From NCBI RefSeq assembly GCF_006345805.1, contig NC_043014.1, positions 30,690,001 through 30,754,000 on the forward strand: a stretch of 64,000 bases of DNA, read 5' to 3'. A program made the translations under genes and the position numbers. The DNA comes from Octopus sinensis. Lineage: Eukaryota. This document shows, piece by piece, positions 37,135 through 51,650 of the stretch (position 1 is its first letter; every line of letters begins with the position of its first letter). The notes beneath the pieces are model-generated. The model ran no database searches, had not been told where the DNA came from, and saw nothing but the letters and a program-made list of their open reading frames with translations.

Positions 37135-40100
37135 CATATTATATATATATATATGATGGGCTTCTTTCAGTTTCTGTCTACCAAATCCACTCACAAGGCT
37201 TTGGATGTTAAATAGTAGAAGACACTTGCTCAAGGTGCTGAACCTGAAACCATTTTGTTGGTAAGCAAGCTACTTACCACCCATGCAGCTACTCCTGCGC
37301 CTGTCTATTGACTGATTAAACTTAATCTAATAGGCAGTGATCCCCAAATGGTATTGATAAATTAGGCCAGTTGCTAATATTCTATTCATGTTTGTCCCAA
37401 ATCCTGTACTTGATCATCTGTAGAATATATTTGCAGTTCAAATAGTGACCATTTTGTCAAGTAATTTTTATTGTTTCTTAAATTTTAGTTTTTTGTTTGC
37501 ATAGCTTATTACAATACTCACCAACTTCTCTGAAAAGGTGTGAAATACTATGTACACACAAGATTTTTTCAGGAATGTATGTATAGTATACAATTAAATA
37601 TACCAACAATAGTACATTGCTGGTTCAGTAAAAGGCAATATTGATACTGGCAGGTTTCAAACCATGAAGAAGTAACGAGCATTGTTGCATTTAGATGTCC
37701 ATGAATATATAATTATAATTAACCCTTTAGAATTTTAAACTGGCCATATCCTGCCCAAATGTTCTACCTGTTTTATGCTCAAACCAGCCAGATCTGGCCT
37801 CACACACCTACCATACAATGTTACTACTGTAAAAATAATCATATCATTGAAATCTCAAAGCTATGATATAATCCCTGATTAATACAAAACAATGTAAATG
37901 AATTAGCATTACATTTGACAGAATAATCTGAATGCTAAAGGGTCAGATGACCATAATATAAGCTAAACTTCTCAGTTAAAAAGATACAATGTCATCCAAG
38001 TTGTTCTAATCTAAATGAAAAAGAATTGTGGGTTTTAATCATCATCATCATCATCATCGTTTAACGTCCGCTTTCCATGCTAGCATGAGAGAAAAATTAT
38101 TTACATATGGATTAAAAATATCAGTTTTAAATTGAATGTTGGCAAAGCAATGTGAAGAAATACACAAAGTTTGCTGTAGAGAAATGAAATGTATGCACAC
38201 TAGCATTAATGTTAGTTGTAGCTATTTCTCTTCTGTAGGCCTTCTGTTTTTGAGTAAACAGAGCCAAACAGTAAATTATAATTTTCCTGGAGTCCCTAGA
38301 TAACCTTAACACATCAGCTTTTAGGGTAAGATTTTTTTCCCCTACTGACGTACATTTTAAAAATTGAAATAAGTTTAGGTATGAAATTAACTTTTTTTTT
38401 GCAACTACAATACAGGAAAAAGGTGGTTTACACCTTTTTCCTGTATTGTAGTTGCTTTCATTTATAGTAAATGGAACCCATGTTCAGTCTCTCAGTCCTT
38501 CTCTAGCAGAAAGTCCTGGCCTCTGCTTGAACTAAGCATATCTTTCCTTACTGAGCATTGTAAAAAAATAACATGCTTGTGTTGAAAACAACCAACCATA
38601 AAATCAATGGTTCACCAATATTTTTACTCCATTAGTCACCATCATCAACATTTAACGTTCATTTTCCAGGCTGGCATGGGTTGGACCGCTGGACAGGAAC
38701 TTGCAAAACCAAGGGCCATACCAGGTTCCATAGTCTGTTTTGACTTGTTTATTTGGCTGAATGCCCTTCCTAATGCCGACCACTCAACAGTGTATACCGG
38801 GTGCTTTTATGTGGCACCATCAATGCTTTTTACATGGCACCAGTGCCTTTTACATGACACTAGCACTCACACCAATACTTTCTATATGGCACCTTGATTT
38901 TAGGATCCCAATTCTGTAGTGGTGGGCAGGTCTTCTCAGGTACAATAATGTGCCACATATCTCAGTCCTCTGTCATCTCCTTCTTAAAGTTCAGCATTTT
39001 GAAATTGACCTTCAATACTTCGTCCCATGTCTTCCTGGGTCTTTCTCTTTTACAACTTCCTTCCACTTTGATAATATGTCTCATTCTCAGTGCCATCAAT
39101 CCCTCTAACATTATTAGTTATCTGTGGTCCACACAACTATTAACTTTGGATTGAAATCACTTTAAAGAGAAAATTTGTATCCTAGAACCAAGGCCAGTCT
39201 CAGGTAGGTTAGCATCAAAAGGGTTAAACAACACTAATGTCCCTTTGTAAGACTTTCTACATTCTCCTTATGCATAGAACTCTCATGAACTCGTGCTGCA
39301 GTAGTTTTTATAAGTTCATTGAAATTTCATAGGTAGTTTCTGTGTTGCATTGGAGTTGCTGCCAACTCTTTATACCTTACTATTGATTGGACTCTAGTTA
39401 GGTGCAAAAAAACCAGAAACAGATCGCACAAGACACTCTAACAATTCTAATATCAGCTGAAGGTTGGAAGGGCTAGGTTGACCTTGGAGAAATTTGAATT
39501 CAGCCACCTAGATATATGTAGACTGCCGGTGGCATGTAAAAAGCACCCACTACACTCCCGGAGTGATTGGCGTTAGGAAGGGCATCCAGCTGTAGAAACT
39601 ATGCCAGATCAAGATTGGAGTCTGGTGCAGCCATCTGGTTTGCCTGCCCTCAGTCAAAATCGTCCAACCCATGCTAGCATGGAAAGCGGACGTTAAACGA
39701 TGATGATGATAGATCCACTCAGAAACCTAAATACATGCACACATAGATATGCATACACATACATATATATAAATATATGCACAAATGCATGCATACACAC
39801 ACACACATACACATGATGGCTGTCCAGTTGTGGCTGAAGATAACCATCACTGACTATTAAGAACATTGTGCACTCAAGTAGCAGTGCCCATGCAAAATTT
39901 CAAGTCCAATCAGGTTTGCATGACACCTCATAGACCCTCTCCACCCTATTCTCATGATTCAGAGGCAAGCCAAGAAAAGACATCCAGTGCCAATATGAGT
40001 TACAGACTCAGGAATGTGGGAATGTCATGATCTCAGGAACAAATGAAAGATTCCTAAAATTGTCTAGTGCCACTCCTTGCATATCTGGTTTTATATCAGA

Positions 40101-40329
40101 ATGACCTTCAACTGGAGACATGTCTTTAACCCTTTCGATATCAACTTGTTTAAAACCACTCTTGGTACTATAGCATAGCTTTCCTATTTTAAAGTGATCA
40201 AAATTACATTGCTTTCACAGCACATTTCACTACCATGTAGCATTACTGATCATATGCAAAAGCATCATACAATGTACCTTTCACTCAGAGAGAGAGAGAG
40301 AAAGATAGAGAGAGCTTTTGTTGGCAGTA

Positions 40330-41200
40330 GAGGTGATAGCTCTCTAAACTTTGTTCATCCTATTCTTATTCTAGCAAGTACATTTTCTGAGCATTTAGAA
40401 AATCTATTTCCTGTATGTCCTAAGTTTTTATTGCTCCTGCACATCTTTCACATATACCACTTTCTCCATTATCCTTCCTGTAACTCTGCTGCACCTCTTA
40501 TGTGTCCACAGTTTGCACTGGGCACATCATATAGATACACCTTTCCTACATATCAAGCAGGGCCATTTATCTGTGGAGAGTGGAGTCCTGTCTGCTTTCC
40601 TGTTTACAAGAACTTAGGTATTTGCTAAGATAAATTATGATTTTAGGTTTTGCTTCCGCACCTGGAATTTCATTTCTAATTCTACTATAGATTCTTCTGT
40701 GAGAACGTGGTTATTAGGATACAATAGTCCCCAAGAGCAGCTGGTTTTAAATTCCTGTTATGGCTTGGATGTTAATAATGAAGAGAGGAGTTCTGAGAAC
40801 CAAGCCCGAGTGAACTCCCACCTGTATTCCCAGCTAACGGTTGCCTTACTGACAGCATCCCTCTACATTCATCTACCCCTGTCCTTCTCAGAGACCACCA
40901 AATCACAAAGCAGGAGACCCTGTTGAAGGCTTACTCCAGGTCAACAAATTGAAGCTTACTTTTAGCTTCATACTAAGAAGATAGTATCAGTAGTACTTTT
41001 CTCCAGCACAAAACTAAACTTCATGTCATCTTTTTCTAATTAGTTAGGCTATAACTCTCTCTGTAATTTTCACAACCTGGTCTAGCAAATTGATACCTCT
41101 GTGTAATTCTCTCTGAGGCATCTCTACCTTTGTAACAGCTGGCTATAATACTGCTACACCAGTCATTGGGTTTGACATCTTCCTGTACAACCTGATTAAT
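40330..41200 (-). mobile_element. Older, heavily decayed RTE fragment
   Basis: Residual similarity to the RT/PHD part of the 2-5.6 kb element (gctgcacctcttatgtgtcc...gcagggccat on + strand). Confidence 0.8.
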
Positions 41201-42684
41201 TGACCTGATCATAGATCAGTCAATTAAATTCTGTTTTTGTTATTTGTCTTCAATTCCTTCCAGAATCTTTTTATTTAGTGTTTTGTTTTGGGTGTTCTCA
41301 AAATTAATTTAGATTTAAGCTTTGGTCTGGCTTACTTTTCTTACTTTCTAATTTGTGACTACTACTTCTTGAATTTTCTGTTTAGTATCTTGTTTAGGGC
41401 TTTAATTGAATGGATTGACCTTAGTACTAATTTTTAAGCCTGGTACTTATTCTGTTGGTCCCTTTTGCCAAATCACTAAATTATAGGGAGGTAAGCAAAC
41501 CAATACTGACTGTCAAGTGGTGGGCGGGCGTTTGGGGGACAGATACACACACACACATTAAGTTTCTTTGAGTTTGGTCAGCCTGGGGCTGTAATAGAAG
41601 ATACTTGCTCAAAGTGCTACACAGTAGGATTGAATGCAGAATCATGTAGCAGGGAAGGATTTTTAACATAGACTCAAAGCTACATAATAGTGTGTAGGTG
41701 TGAAATCATTGCCATTACTTGACAGTCATCATCATCATTTAGCATCCGCTTTCCATGCTAGCATGGGTTGGACGGTTCAACTGGGGTCTGGGAAGCCAGA
41801 AGGCTGCACCAGGCCCAGTCTGATCTGGCAATTTTTCTACGGCTGGATGCCCTTCCCAACGCCAACCACTCCGTGAGTGTAGTGGGTGCTTTTTACGTGC
41901 CACTGGCACAGGTGCCAGACGGGGCTGGCAAACGGCCACGGTCGGATGGTGCTTTTTACATGCCACCGGCACGGGGGCCAGGCGAGGCTGGCAATGTCCA
42001 CGATCGGATGGTGTTTGTTACGTGCCACTACCCTACAATTGGTTTCCAAAGCCAGCAATTTTGGGAGGAAGTCGGTCAATTACATTGACACCACCCCCTA
42101 CTCTGATGAACTAGTACCTATTTTATCAACCCTGAAAGGATGAAAGGCAAAGTCAACCATGGCAGAATTTGAATTTAGAACATAAAGACAGACGAAATGC
42201 CACTAAGTATTTTGTCTGGTGTGCTAATGAGTCTGCAAGCTCATTGCCTTCTACCACCCTATAATTAATAGTAATAATAATGGTTTCAGCTTTTGCAACA
42301 ACAGCAGCAATTTTGTGGGAGGGGACGAGTCAATTACATCAACCCCAATATTCAACTAGTACTTATTTTATTGACCCCGAAAGGATGAAAGTTAAAGTTG
42401 ACCTTGGTGGAATTTGAACTCAGAACATAGCAACAGGTGAAATACCACTCAGCATTTACGTGCGGGTGGCACATAAAAAGCACCCACTACACTCACGGAG
42501 TGGTTGGCATTAGGAAGGGCATCCAGCCGTAGAAACACTGCCAGATCTGACTGGGCCTGATGAAGCCTTCTGGTTTCACATACTCCAGTTGAACCATCCA
42601 ACCCATGCTAGCATGGAAAACAGATGCTAAACGATGATGATGATGATGATGATTTCATCCAGTGCACTAACAATTCTGTCAGCC

Positions 42685-42719
<35 letters not shown>

Positions 42720-43259
42720 TTCTTATATTGGTACAAGGCCTCGAATTTAGGAGGAGAGTACAGTTGATTAAATCAACCCCAATATTTGACTGGTACTTTA
42801 TTTCATCAACCCTGAAAAGACACAAGGTCAAAGGTCAAGTTGACCTTATTTAGATTTGAACTTAGAATATGAAAGGTCATATAGAAAAGTACCAGTTAAA
42901 CACTAGGGTCAATGTAATCGACTTATCCCCTCCTCCAAAATTGCTACCCTTGTAACAAAATTTTAAACCATTATTATTATTGTTGTTTAGGCGGTGAGCT
43001 GGCAGAATTGTTAGCACACCAGGCAAAATGCTTTGCAGCATTTTGTCGGTCTTCACATTCTGAGTTCAAGTTCCATCAAGGTCGACTTAACCTTTTCATC
43101 TTTTCATGGTTATTTAATTACCTTTTCATCTTTTCAAAGGTCGATAAATTAAGAACCAGTGTAATCAACTATCCTCTTCCCAAATTTCAGGCCTTGTGCC
43201 TATAGTAAAAATGATTATAAGGCGATGAGCTGGCAGAATTGTATAAAAGGAATGGTAGA

Positions 43260-46200
43260 AGAGTAGCTTTAAGTCCTCTATCTGATGTGATAGAGAACAT
43301 CTTAAGATGCACAGTAACATACTGTTGCATTGAAGCCAAGTCATGGCAGGTGAAAAATGCCCCTGAGAGTGAAATACAAAAATGCCTTAGGAGTGTGTGG
43401 GAGCAAAAGACCCACACCACCCAAGGAAAGAAGTTTGTAACTATTGAGGTGAGATGTGGGACGGAAGAAGCCAAGTGTCATTCCACAACCCCTTTGAGAA
43501 ACGACAACTTCTCCTTAATCCCCAGCTATCATGGCCAGTGTCTTGCCAATATTAGGGTGTTGAAAGTGCCACCAGAAATATCCATCACCTGGTTAGTGGT
43601 GGCTGTCCTGACAGTTCTAGAAGACGAAGGGACAGTATCAGAGATCAAGAAAAATACCTAAGCAAGACTGGTCTGGTATAGGTATGGAACTGACTTTACA
43701 ATCTAAGCAGGACCATATCAACCAGCTGCCCAATCTCAATGATTTCCCGGATGGTACTCACCTGTTGGTGGAGAGTAGAAAGCCAAGATGCCACATATGA
43801 ACAACCAATTACAGAACTTCAAAAACTTGAATATTCGTCAGACTGTAGACGAAATGTATCCATCAGTTTTACTGTTGTGAACAAGTGCAACAGTGAATTA
43901 ATGGATTTTGTAAGTCACAACAAAAACAAAGACAGAGGGAAAGGAATTTGAGGATTTCATCCTCAATACCCTCAATGACAGACCTTTAATTAAAAGGTTG
44001 TCAGATGTTTACAAAACTATAAGAGAAAAATTCCCATGTAGTGTGGGGATTTTAAAGTTGATAAAAGGATGTCAGGAGGGCCTTTTAAAACGTTTTCGCC
44101 AGTAGATAGGCCTGGAACTCTGGGCTTCCCGAGAATCAAGCTGATTAATCTCCTCTTCTTTTAAGAATGGGGTGTGTGAATGTGTGTGGCCTGGGATCAG
44201 CTTGGAAACAAGGTCACTTGCTCAATGATCTCAGGTTGCCTGATTTGGATGTGGTTGCCATTAATGAAATAAGGATCTGCGGAAAACTCGCTCTAGCATC
44301 CATTTTCAAGGACTAGGAGGTATTCTCATCTTGTGGTCTATAGGGAGTGGGTGGCAGTGTGCAGTGCTACTTCAAAAATCCTTAGATCTCCAAGAACAGG
44401 GTATCTTCCTGGACCTGGATAGTAGGTTGGTGGTTCTGGACGTGAATGGCAGCAAAGGTATGCCTTTAGACTGGTAGCAGTTTAAGGCCAGATTTCTTCA
44501 GGCATCTAGAAACATTCTTGGGAATGTCTCACACTTTAGTACTAGCGGGTGACTGGAATAGTATTTTGGATGCACAGAAAGATTGTGTGGGTTTAGTACA
44601 TAGCAGAAGTGGGTGTAAAAGCCTCAAAGACTTTCCAGCTTTCTGACAGATACCAACTGGATTTCCCTGATGTGCCAGTGTGGACATGGAGCAACCATAG
44701 CGGGTCGTCCAGATCATATTTAGATAGAGTATTTGATAGGTCAGAGGATAGTGATAGCATAGGTTGTCCACAGTTTAAATTGGTCGGCTACACAGATCAC
44801 AAATTTGTGATATGCTCAGTTGATTTAGATGAGACCCTTACACAGGGACCTGGTTATTGGAAGTTGAATGCATTCTTACCAGCCTGCAAAGACAGGGATT
44901 AGATTAGTGAACTAGTTAAATGGCAGTTGACGGGCTGTCCACAACTGGTGGTGGATCACACTGAAGAGTGCGATTAGAGTAGAATCAATAGCAATTAGCG
45001 AAGATTCAGCAATAGAAAGAAATGGATTAGAGGGAGAACTAGTTAGCAAACTAGAAAAGGCGATTAGTAATGGTATCGCAATGGATGTGCTAGCGGTGAG
45101 AATGGCCCTTGACTATTTCATTGAGGTGAAACACGAAGGGTGCTTTGTCAGAGCTAAGGTCCATGCACTAAAACTCGAAGGAATTAAAGCCGTCTGATGG
45201 GCCCAAATGGTAGACACATGACATGGAAGCAAAACCACGAACAAGTCTTTCACGGATCAGGGGGGATGCATGCTACTTGGTTCTGAGAAGATGTGTGTGG
45301 CTTTCCATCAGCACTTTGCACAACTGTTTGGGGAGGGTGAAGAGTCAACGATGGTAGCAGACTTTACTTTATACCTAGACAGCCTATCATGGCTCTCAGT
45401 AGCAGATGTAAGATTCTGCAAAAAGCCAATTATAGCTACTGAAATACAGGAGGCAATGAATGATTGCACAAGTTGCAAATCGCCCGGTTTGAATCGTCTG
45501 CCCTACAAATTCTATGTTTTCATACCAGATTTGTTTGGCAGACATCTACAGTAACTGGCAGTAGAACAGGAAAATTCCTAGTGCTGTTAGCTGGGGTGTG
45601 GTAACACTGCTGAGAAAGGATGCTGACAATGGGGATGTGCTCGGGAATTTTCGACCCATAACTCTGCTAAACACAGAGTTTAAGATTTTGGCTAAGCTGT
45701 TAGCAAAAAGGTTGGCACTTGTCAGTTATAATCTGGTTGGGGAAGCACAAACATGCGCAATCCCGAGCAGGTCTATCCATGACAACCTCCCTCTTATGCG
45801 ATACATTGTAGAGAGGGCTGGGATTAAAGCTGGCTTTGGTGGGGCCTTGCTCAATTTAGGTCAGTTGAAAGCTTTTGCTAGGGTAGACCATCTCTACTTA
45901 GACCTCATCCTTAAAGCGGCCAGTTTCAGACCTGTTTTCAAAGGCTGGATTGCTGCAATGCAGAGCAGCACCTGCTTGGTGGTCAAAGTAAATGGCCACC
46001 CATTGGAACCATTTAGTATCGCATGTTTGGTCCATCAGGGCTGCCTGCTGTCATCTCTTCTGTATGTGCTGGCTCATGAGCCACTGCTGCAGAAGTTGGA
46101 ACAGTTAAGAGGCCTCTCTTTCGAAATTGGAGCTGGGAGGGCAGTGTCAGCATATGTGGATGACGTCACTGTCATGGTGTTGGACGCCTCTGAAGTGGAG

Positions 46201-47830
46201 ATGGTTGGCTCCATTGTAAAGGAATATGAGTCAGTTGCAGGGGCCAAAACCAATGCCGACAAGTTAGTGGAATTGTGACTGGGCACCTGGAGAGGCAGAT
46301 TGATGCTGTCAGACAGTGTTGTCGGACACTGGACTGACGGACCAGTTAAATTGCTCAAGGTCTGGTTTGGTCCCGACCGCCAGGATATGAATTACGAAGA
46401 GATAACAAACAGGGTGGAAGTTGCCCCTGAAAGTTTGAGCAGAGGTGGTGAATGCCTACGTTACCTCTGTCATTAATCATTTGACTGTTGTGCCTTGCTC
46501 CAGTTACTGGTTTGTCAGATTGGAATGTATCCTGTTTATTTTCTTGTGGAAGGGACACATTCCAATGGTCAGGTGGTTGGTCTGTTGCCAACTTCTTCCG
46601 TGTGGCAGCTTAGGCATGCTATGGTTTTTGATGCACTGACACACAGGTTGTGCTACCTTCAACAATTTCTAGAAGGTGAACGTGTGTAGGCTTCGATTGT
46701 GAGACACCTTTCTACAGCTCATCTCCTTGACAGAACTGCAGTCCTGATAGACCAAGACTGGGCACCTGGCACTTAGAATGTCATCAGGCATTCACTGTTC
46801 TCTAACAAGTGAGGCAATAGAATCGGTGGATGTTCCAGCACTTAAAAAGCAACATCTGAACATGGTCAATGCCAGGTCCATCTGACTGGCTCCTGTGCCA
46901 GAAGCACGTAAAAAGCACTATCTGAGCATGATAGATGCCAGTATCCCCTGACTGGCTTCTGTGCTGGTGGCATGTAAAAAGTACTATCCCAATATGATCA
47001 ATGCCAGGCCCGCCTGGTGCAGCCACTGGCTCTCCAGACCTCAGTCAAACTGTCCAACCCATGCCAGCATGGAAAACAGACGTTAAACGATGATGATGAT
47101 TAGTAGTGGGCAAATATGACAACGACCTTGAGGATGCTCCAGGCATTGACAAACTGGCAAGTCTATTCCGGAGGATTTTCTGGTTGGGGACTGGTATGGA
47201 TGATTTCTGGATGCCTTTGGCTTGGCAAGGCTACCAGGGGGTGCTACCGGTTCAAGATAAACTCTACAGTCATGGATGAGCTGTCAGACAGGCTTGTCCG
47301 AGGTGCGCACAGAGCGATGAAACTGTTCTGCATGCACTCGTTCAGTGTCTGGGTATTGCTGATTTGTGGAGTTATGTCGAACAGCTGCTGTTGCGTATGA
47401 GACAGATCCATCTGTCAGCTGAGTCCATAATGATGATTGCCTCGCCGCCTTCCTTTAATTGGGCAAATAAGGTAGTTTTCCTTTGTCTGGTGGACGAGGC
47501 TGAAAGGAATGAGGACAGAAATGTACTTCTTTGGAAAAGCCCTTTTGGACTCTTTTAAGTGAAACTTGAAAAGGAAAGTGAGAATGGAGAGGAAGGTGTT
47601 GTCCTCAAGTGAATTTATGAAAAGGTGGGTGAAAGTGGCAAAAATGGTAAGAGCGGATGGTACACTACTCTCAGTGTAGACCTGCGAGTTGGAAGAAAGG
47701 AGTTGGGGAGGACTCTTGTCTTTGGTATTCAGGGTGATCTTAGATGGTGGGGTTTCTTGATTATCCGTAGAGGTCCTTCTGTATCATTACTATCACATTT
47801 TGTTTCTTCCCTCTTCTTCTAATGTATACC
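43260..47830 (+). mobile_element. Decayed Tx1/L1-clade LINE (ORF1 remnant with knuckle-like RKPRCHI, APE, RT), interrupted by an RTE tail at ~46850-47105
   Basis: ORF track WTWSNHSGSSRSYLDRVF...TDHK (APE) and NFRPITLLNTEFKILAKLLAKRL...QGCLLSSLLY...YVDDVT (RT), with many stops and frameshifts. Confidence 0.88.
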
Positions 47831-48304
47831 ATGTATACTTTTTTATTTATTTATCTCTATATATATAAACGGCAAAATTTTTCAGTTAGAGGGCTCGCAC
47901 TTTCTATGGTCATTCAAAACCATCCAAGGGTGGTCGTGCACATCTTTACATTTCCCCAGTCACCCTGCAAAGCCATTAAAAAATCAATAGAAGTGACTTT
48001 TTTGTGAATTTTCTATCCAAATCCCAATCAAAATGCCCAAAACTTGATACACCAATTGAATGCCAGCTAGCTGTATGCGATTGGTCGGAAATTTGGACAG
48101 TACTTGCGTGTATGTGTGCATGCATGCAGCTGTATATGCATGCACTAGCACTATGACCCAGCAACGCCGGGTCACAGTGCTAGTTATTATTATTATTTTA
48201 TCATTCCATCATATGTAAAACCCCACACTTTATGTCTGTCTCTGAATTGTTCCCTTTCATCATTATTATTTTTTTATGGTTATTTTTGTTATATTTTTTT
48301 TCAG

Positions 48305-48403
48305 CTGCTGCGATTAGAACCAAAGACAAGATCTATGTTAACATCAAAGGACAGAAAGCCTGTTTTCGCCGCCTCAATTCAACTCATCAAATTGGGTGCT
48401 CCT
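48305..48403 (+). CDS. NCSTN: Nicastrin exon (AAIRTKDKIYVNIKGQKACFRRLNSTHQIGCS)
   Basis: KIY...C.R.LN.THQIGC is the conserved nicastrin N-terminus. Polypyrimidine/cag acceptor and GTAAGT donor. Confidence 0.95.
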
Positions 48404-49339
48404 GTAAGTGATACAATAAACCTTTCAATTCTGTTTTACTTTGTAGGGTCTTTTTCGGTGGGGAGCCCTGACATCACTAGTTATTTGTACAGTAATGTGA
48501 TCAAAGGTGTGGCTGTGTAGCAAGAAGTTTGCTTCCCAGCCACATGGTTCTGGGTTCAGTCCCACTGCATGGCACCTTGGGCAAGTGTCTTCTACTAGTG
48601 CCCTAGGCTGACTAAAGCCTTGTGAGTGGATTTGGCAGATGGAAACTAAAGGAAGCCTGATATGTGTGTTTTGTGTTTGTACCTTATCACAAAGTATCAG
48701 CTGGTGTTGGTTTGTTTATAGCAGTTCACAAAAAAAAAAAAAAGAAAATTGATGGAATAAGTCTCAGATTTTAGAAAATAAGTACTGGGATTGATTTCAT
48801 TCAACTGAAATCCTTCAAGGTAGTCCCCCTGCGTGACTTCAGTCAAATAACTGAAAGTAAAAGATAAAAGGTGAAGTTGAAAAGTTTTAGCTCTATGTTA
48901 GAGAAAGATATCTGCTTAAAGAATCTTAACTATAGTAATATTACTATTAATGTTGATCATAATGATGTATATAATATTGTGTTCTATAATTTGTACCACT
49001 ACAGTGAGGGTTCTGAATAAATATGTGTCTGTATGTGTAAGTAAACTATAACTAGCTCTCTGTCTGTTACAACAGTGAGTTTTCCAATTGATCTAATCAA
49101 CAGAACAGCCTACTCGTAAAATTAACATGCATGTGGCCAAGCGCTCCACAAGTTCTTAGGAAGATTCAGCATGACACAGAATGTGACAAGGCTGACCCTT
49201 TGAATTACAGGTACTGCTCATTTTTGTCAGCTGAGTGGACTGGAGCAATATGAAGTAAAGTGTCTTGTTCAAGGGCACATAGCATTGCTAGGAATCGCTC
49301 ACAACCTCATGATTGTGAGCTGGATACTCTAACTGCTAA

Positions 49340-49725
49340 GTGGCTGTGTGGTAAGTAGCTTGCTTACCAACCACATGGTTCTGGGTTCAGTCCCATAGCA
49401 TAGCACCTTGGGCAAGTATCTGCTACTATAACTTTGGACCGACCAAAGCCTTGTGAGTGGATTTGATAGACGGAAACTGAAAGAAGCCTGTTGTATATAT
49501 ATGTACGTATATGGTTGTATGTCTGTGTTTGTCCCCCCAACATCGCTTGGCAACCGATGCTGGTGTGTTTACGTCCCTGTAACTTAGTAGTTTGGCAAAA
49601 GAGACTGATAGAACAAGTACTAGGCTTACAAAGAATAAATCCTGGGGTCAATTTGCTTGACTAAAGGCGGTGCTCCAGCATGGCTGCAGTCAAATGACTG
49701 AAACAAATAAAAGAATAAAAGAATA
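49340..49725 (+). mobile_element. tRNA-headed SINE family B. Other copies ~19031, 21780, 31140, 33060, 36920(-), 41400(-), 48505, 50130(-), 60870(-), 62480(-)
   Basis: A-box-like TGGCTGTGTGG and B-box-like GGTTCAGTCC, an internal (TA/TG)n tract and an A-rich aaagaataaaagaa tail. Confidence 0.85.
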
Positions 49726-50319
49726 TATTTATTTATTTAAACTGATTGAACTTGCTATGAAATTAAGCTGAAGGTAGCTTTTCAGCAGCTTGAGGTGAGT
49801 ATGAGACTGACTGATTTCATTATTTAACAATTAGGTATACTAATGATTGCTCGACCATGTATTTTGTACCATTATGCAGACGAGTTTTTATAAGGTACAT
49901 ATTTGTTTGTATATATATAATTAATTAACCTTTGGCTACTATCTTCAGCAGTTTGAGTGGGAGAAGTGAATGGACCATGGTAATTCATTAAATAACAATG
50001 AAATTGAGTGGCCCAATGCGCATTCTGTTGTGCCAAAAAGACTCTTCTGAGCTTAATATCATATAGCCACATACCTGTCTATGTCCATATATTTATTTAT
50101 AAATGTAAAGGCAGCAATTCATGAGGCTTTGGCTAGTCCAAGGCTATAACGAAAAGATGCTTGCCCAAAGTGTCATACAGTGGGACTGAACCTGAAACCA
50201 TGTTGTTGGGAAAGTGAACTTCTTAACCACACAGCTATGTCTGTGCCCTTGCCCTTTTATATATCATTTAATTCCAATATTAGTACTACTGATTGATGTA
50301 ATAACTTTTCTGATTTCAG

Positions 50320-50443
50320 CTGAAATGAAAGGCAATGTAGGTGTTGTTCACTATGTGAAAGAGAAATCTGATAGCCAGTGGATACTCAAAGATGGACCAC
50401 ATGCTCCATATGTGATGCTCATTGAAGCTGCTAATTTCAATCT
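50320..50443 (+). CDS. NCSTN: Nicastrin exon (EMKGNVGVVHYVKEKSDSQWILKDGPHAPYVMLIEAANFNL)
   Basis: G.VGV.H...W.L.DGP..PY motif. Canonical splice sites; phase-compatible. Confidence 0.95.
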
Positions 50444-51240
50444 GTAAGTTTATTGACTTCATTATATATTTTCCTAATTACGAATAAATTATAAACCTCC
50501 CTGATCAAGCAGATGTTCAGTTAAAAGTATTCCAGCTATGGCCATCCTATCTTTTTACTAGTATCTAGGACTACATTATCTAACATGTTCTTAACTTTTT
50601 TATTCAGATAGCAGGGTGTGATTTGAGGAAGATATGGGTGTTATTTCTTGCAGGTTTAGTGTCCATGTAAGGTTCTCTCTTTGCCTCAAATGTTGTTGAA
50701 GTAGCAGAAACAGCAGAGTAGTAGACTTCCAAATTCAAATAGCATGGAAGTAAGGCAACCCAGCTGGTGCTGGTGCCACATACAAAGCACCCAGTACACT
50801 CTGTAAAGTGGTTGGTGTTAGGAAGGGCATTCAACCATAGAAATCAAGCCAAAACAGATGACTGAAGTGTGGTGCAGCTCTCTAGCTTTGGTCAAACTGT
50901 TCAACCCATTACCAGCATGGAAAACAGATGTTAAAAGATGATGATGATGAAGAAATCATCATTATTATTCATGAAATACTCAATAGTATTGGCTACATCC
51001 CACTAAGGGATTGTTGGCGGCATCCTCCTCCTCCATCACCACCACCACCACCACCAAGTGGTGGAACGGTAGTAATTGAATGTCAGACTAGATGCTTTAC
51101 AATATTTAGTTTTGTACCATTATATTCTGGGTTCAGAATCCACAAAAGTAAACTCTGGAATTTATCTCTAGGGAATGGTAACATATTCAAGTTAGATATT
51201 GGATATGATTAGGCTGACCTGGTGTCAGCATGAGAAATGA

Positions 51241-51590
51241 TGACTGTTATTACAGTGGTATTCCTCATTAAAAAAAAATTACATGGGCATTACACATTTA
51301 TTTGCCTAATAAATCTGAGGCCTTGTATGTTATTTATGAACTCATTATCAAAATAGTGCAGGAGATGTTGATAGAAAAGAGCTTTACTGTAACCAACACT
51401 CTGCTTTTCACCTCTCTACATGACAGTTATTATAGTGGTAAACCTCATTTAAAAAAATTGCATAGGCATTAAATGTATTTCTTTTGCTTAATAAATCTGA
51501 TGCCTTATATATTATTTACAAACTCATTAAAATAGTGCAGGTGTTGTTGGTAGAGCTTTACTGTGATCTAACCAGCACTCTGCTTTTCAT
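51241..51590. repeat. Diverged tandem duplication, 2 x ~175-180 bp
   Basis: tgac.gttatta.agtggta...aataaatctga.gcctt...aaaatagtgcagg...gagctttactgt...cactctgcttttca occurs twice. Confidence 0.85.
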
Positions 51591-51650
51591 TTACTGATCT
51601 TTAGCTGAAGGGACCGATTAATTATATTATGATGACCATTTATTCTGCAG

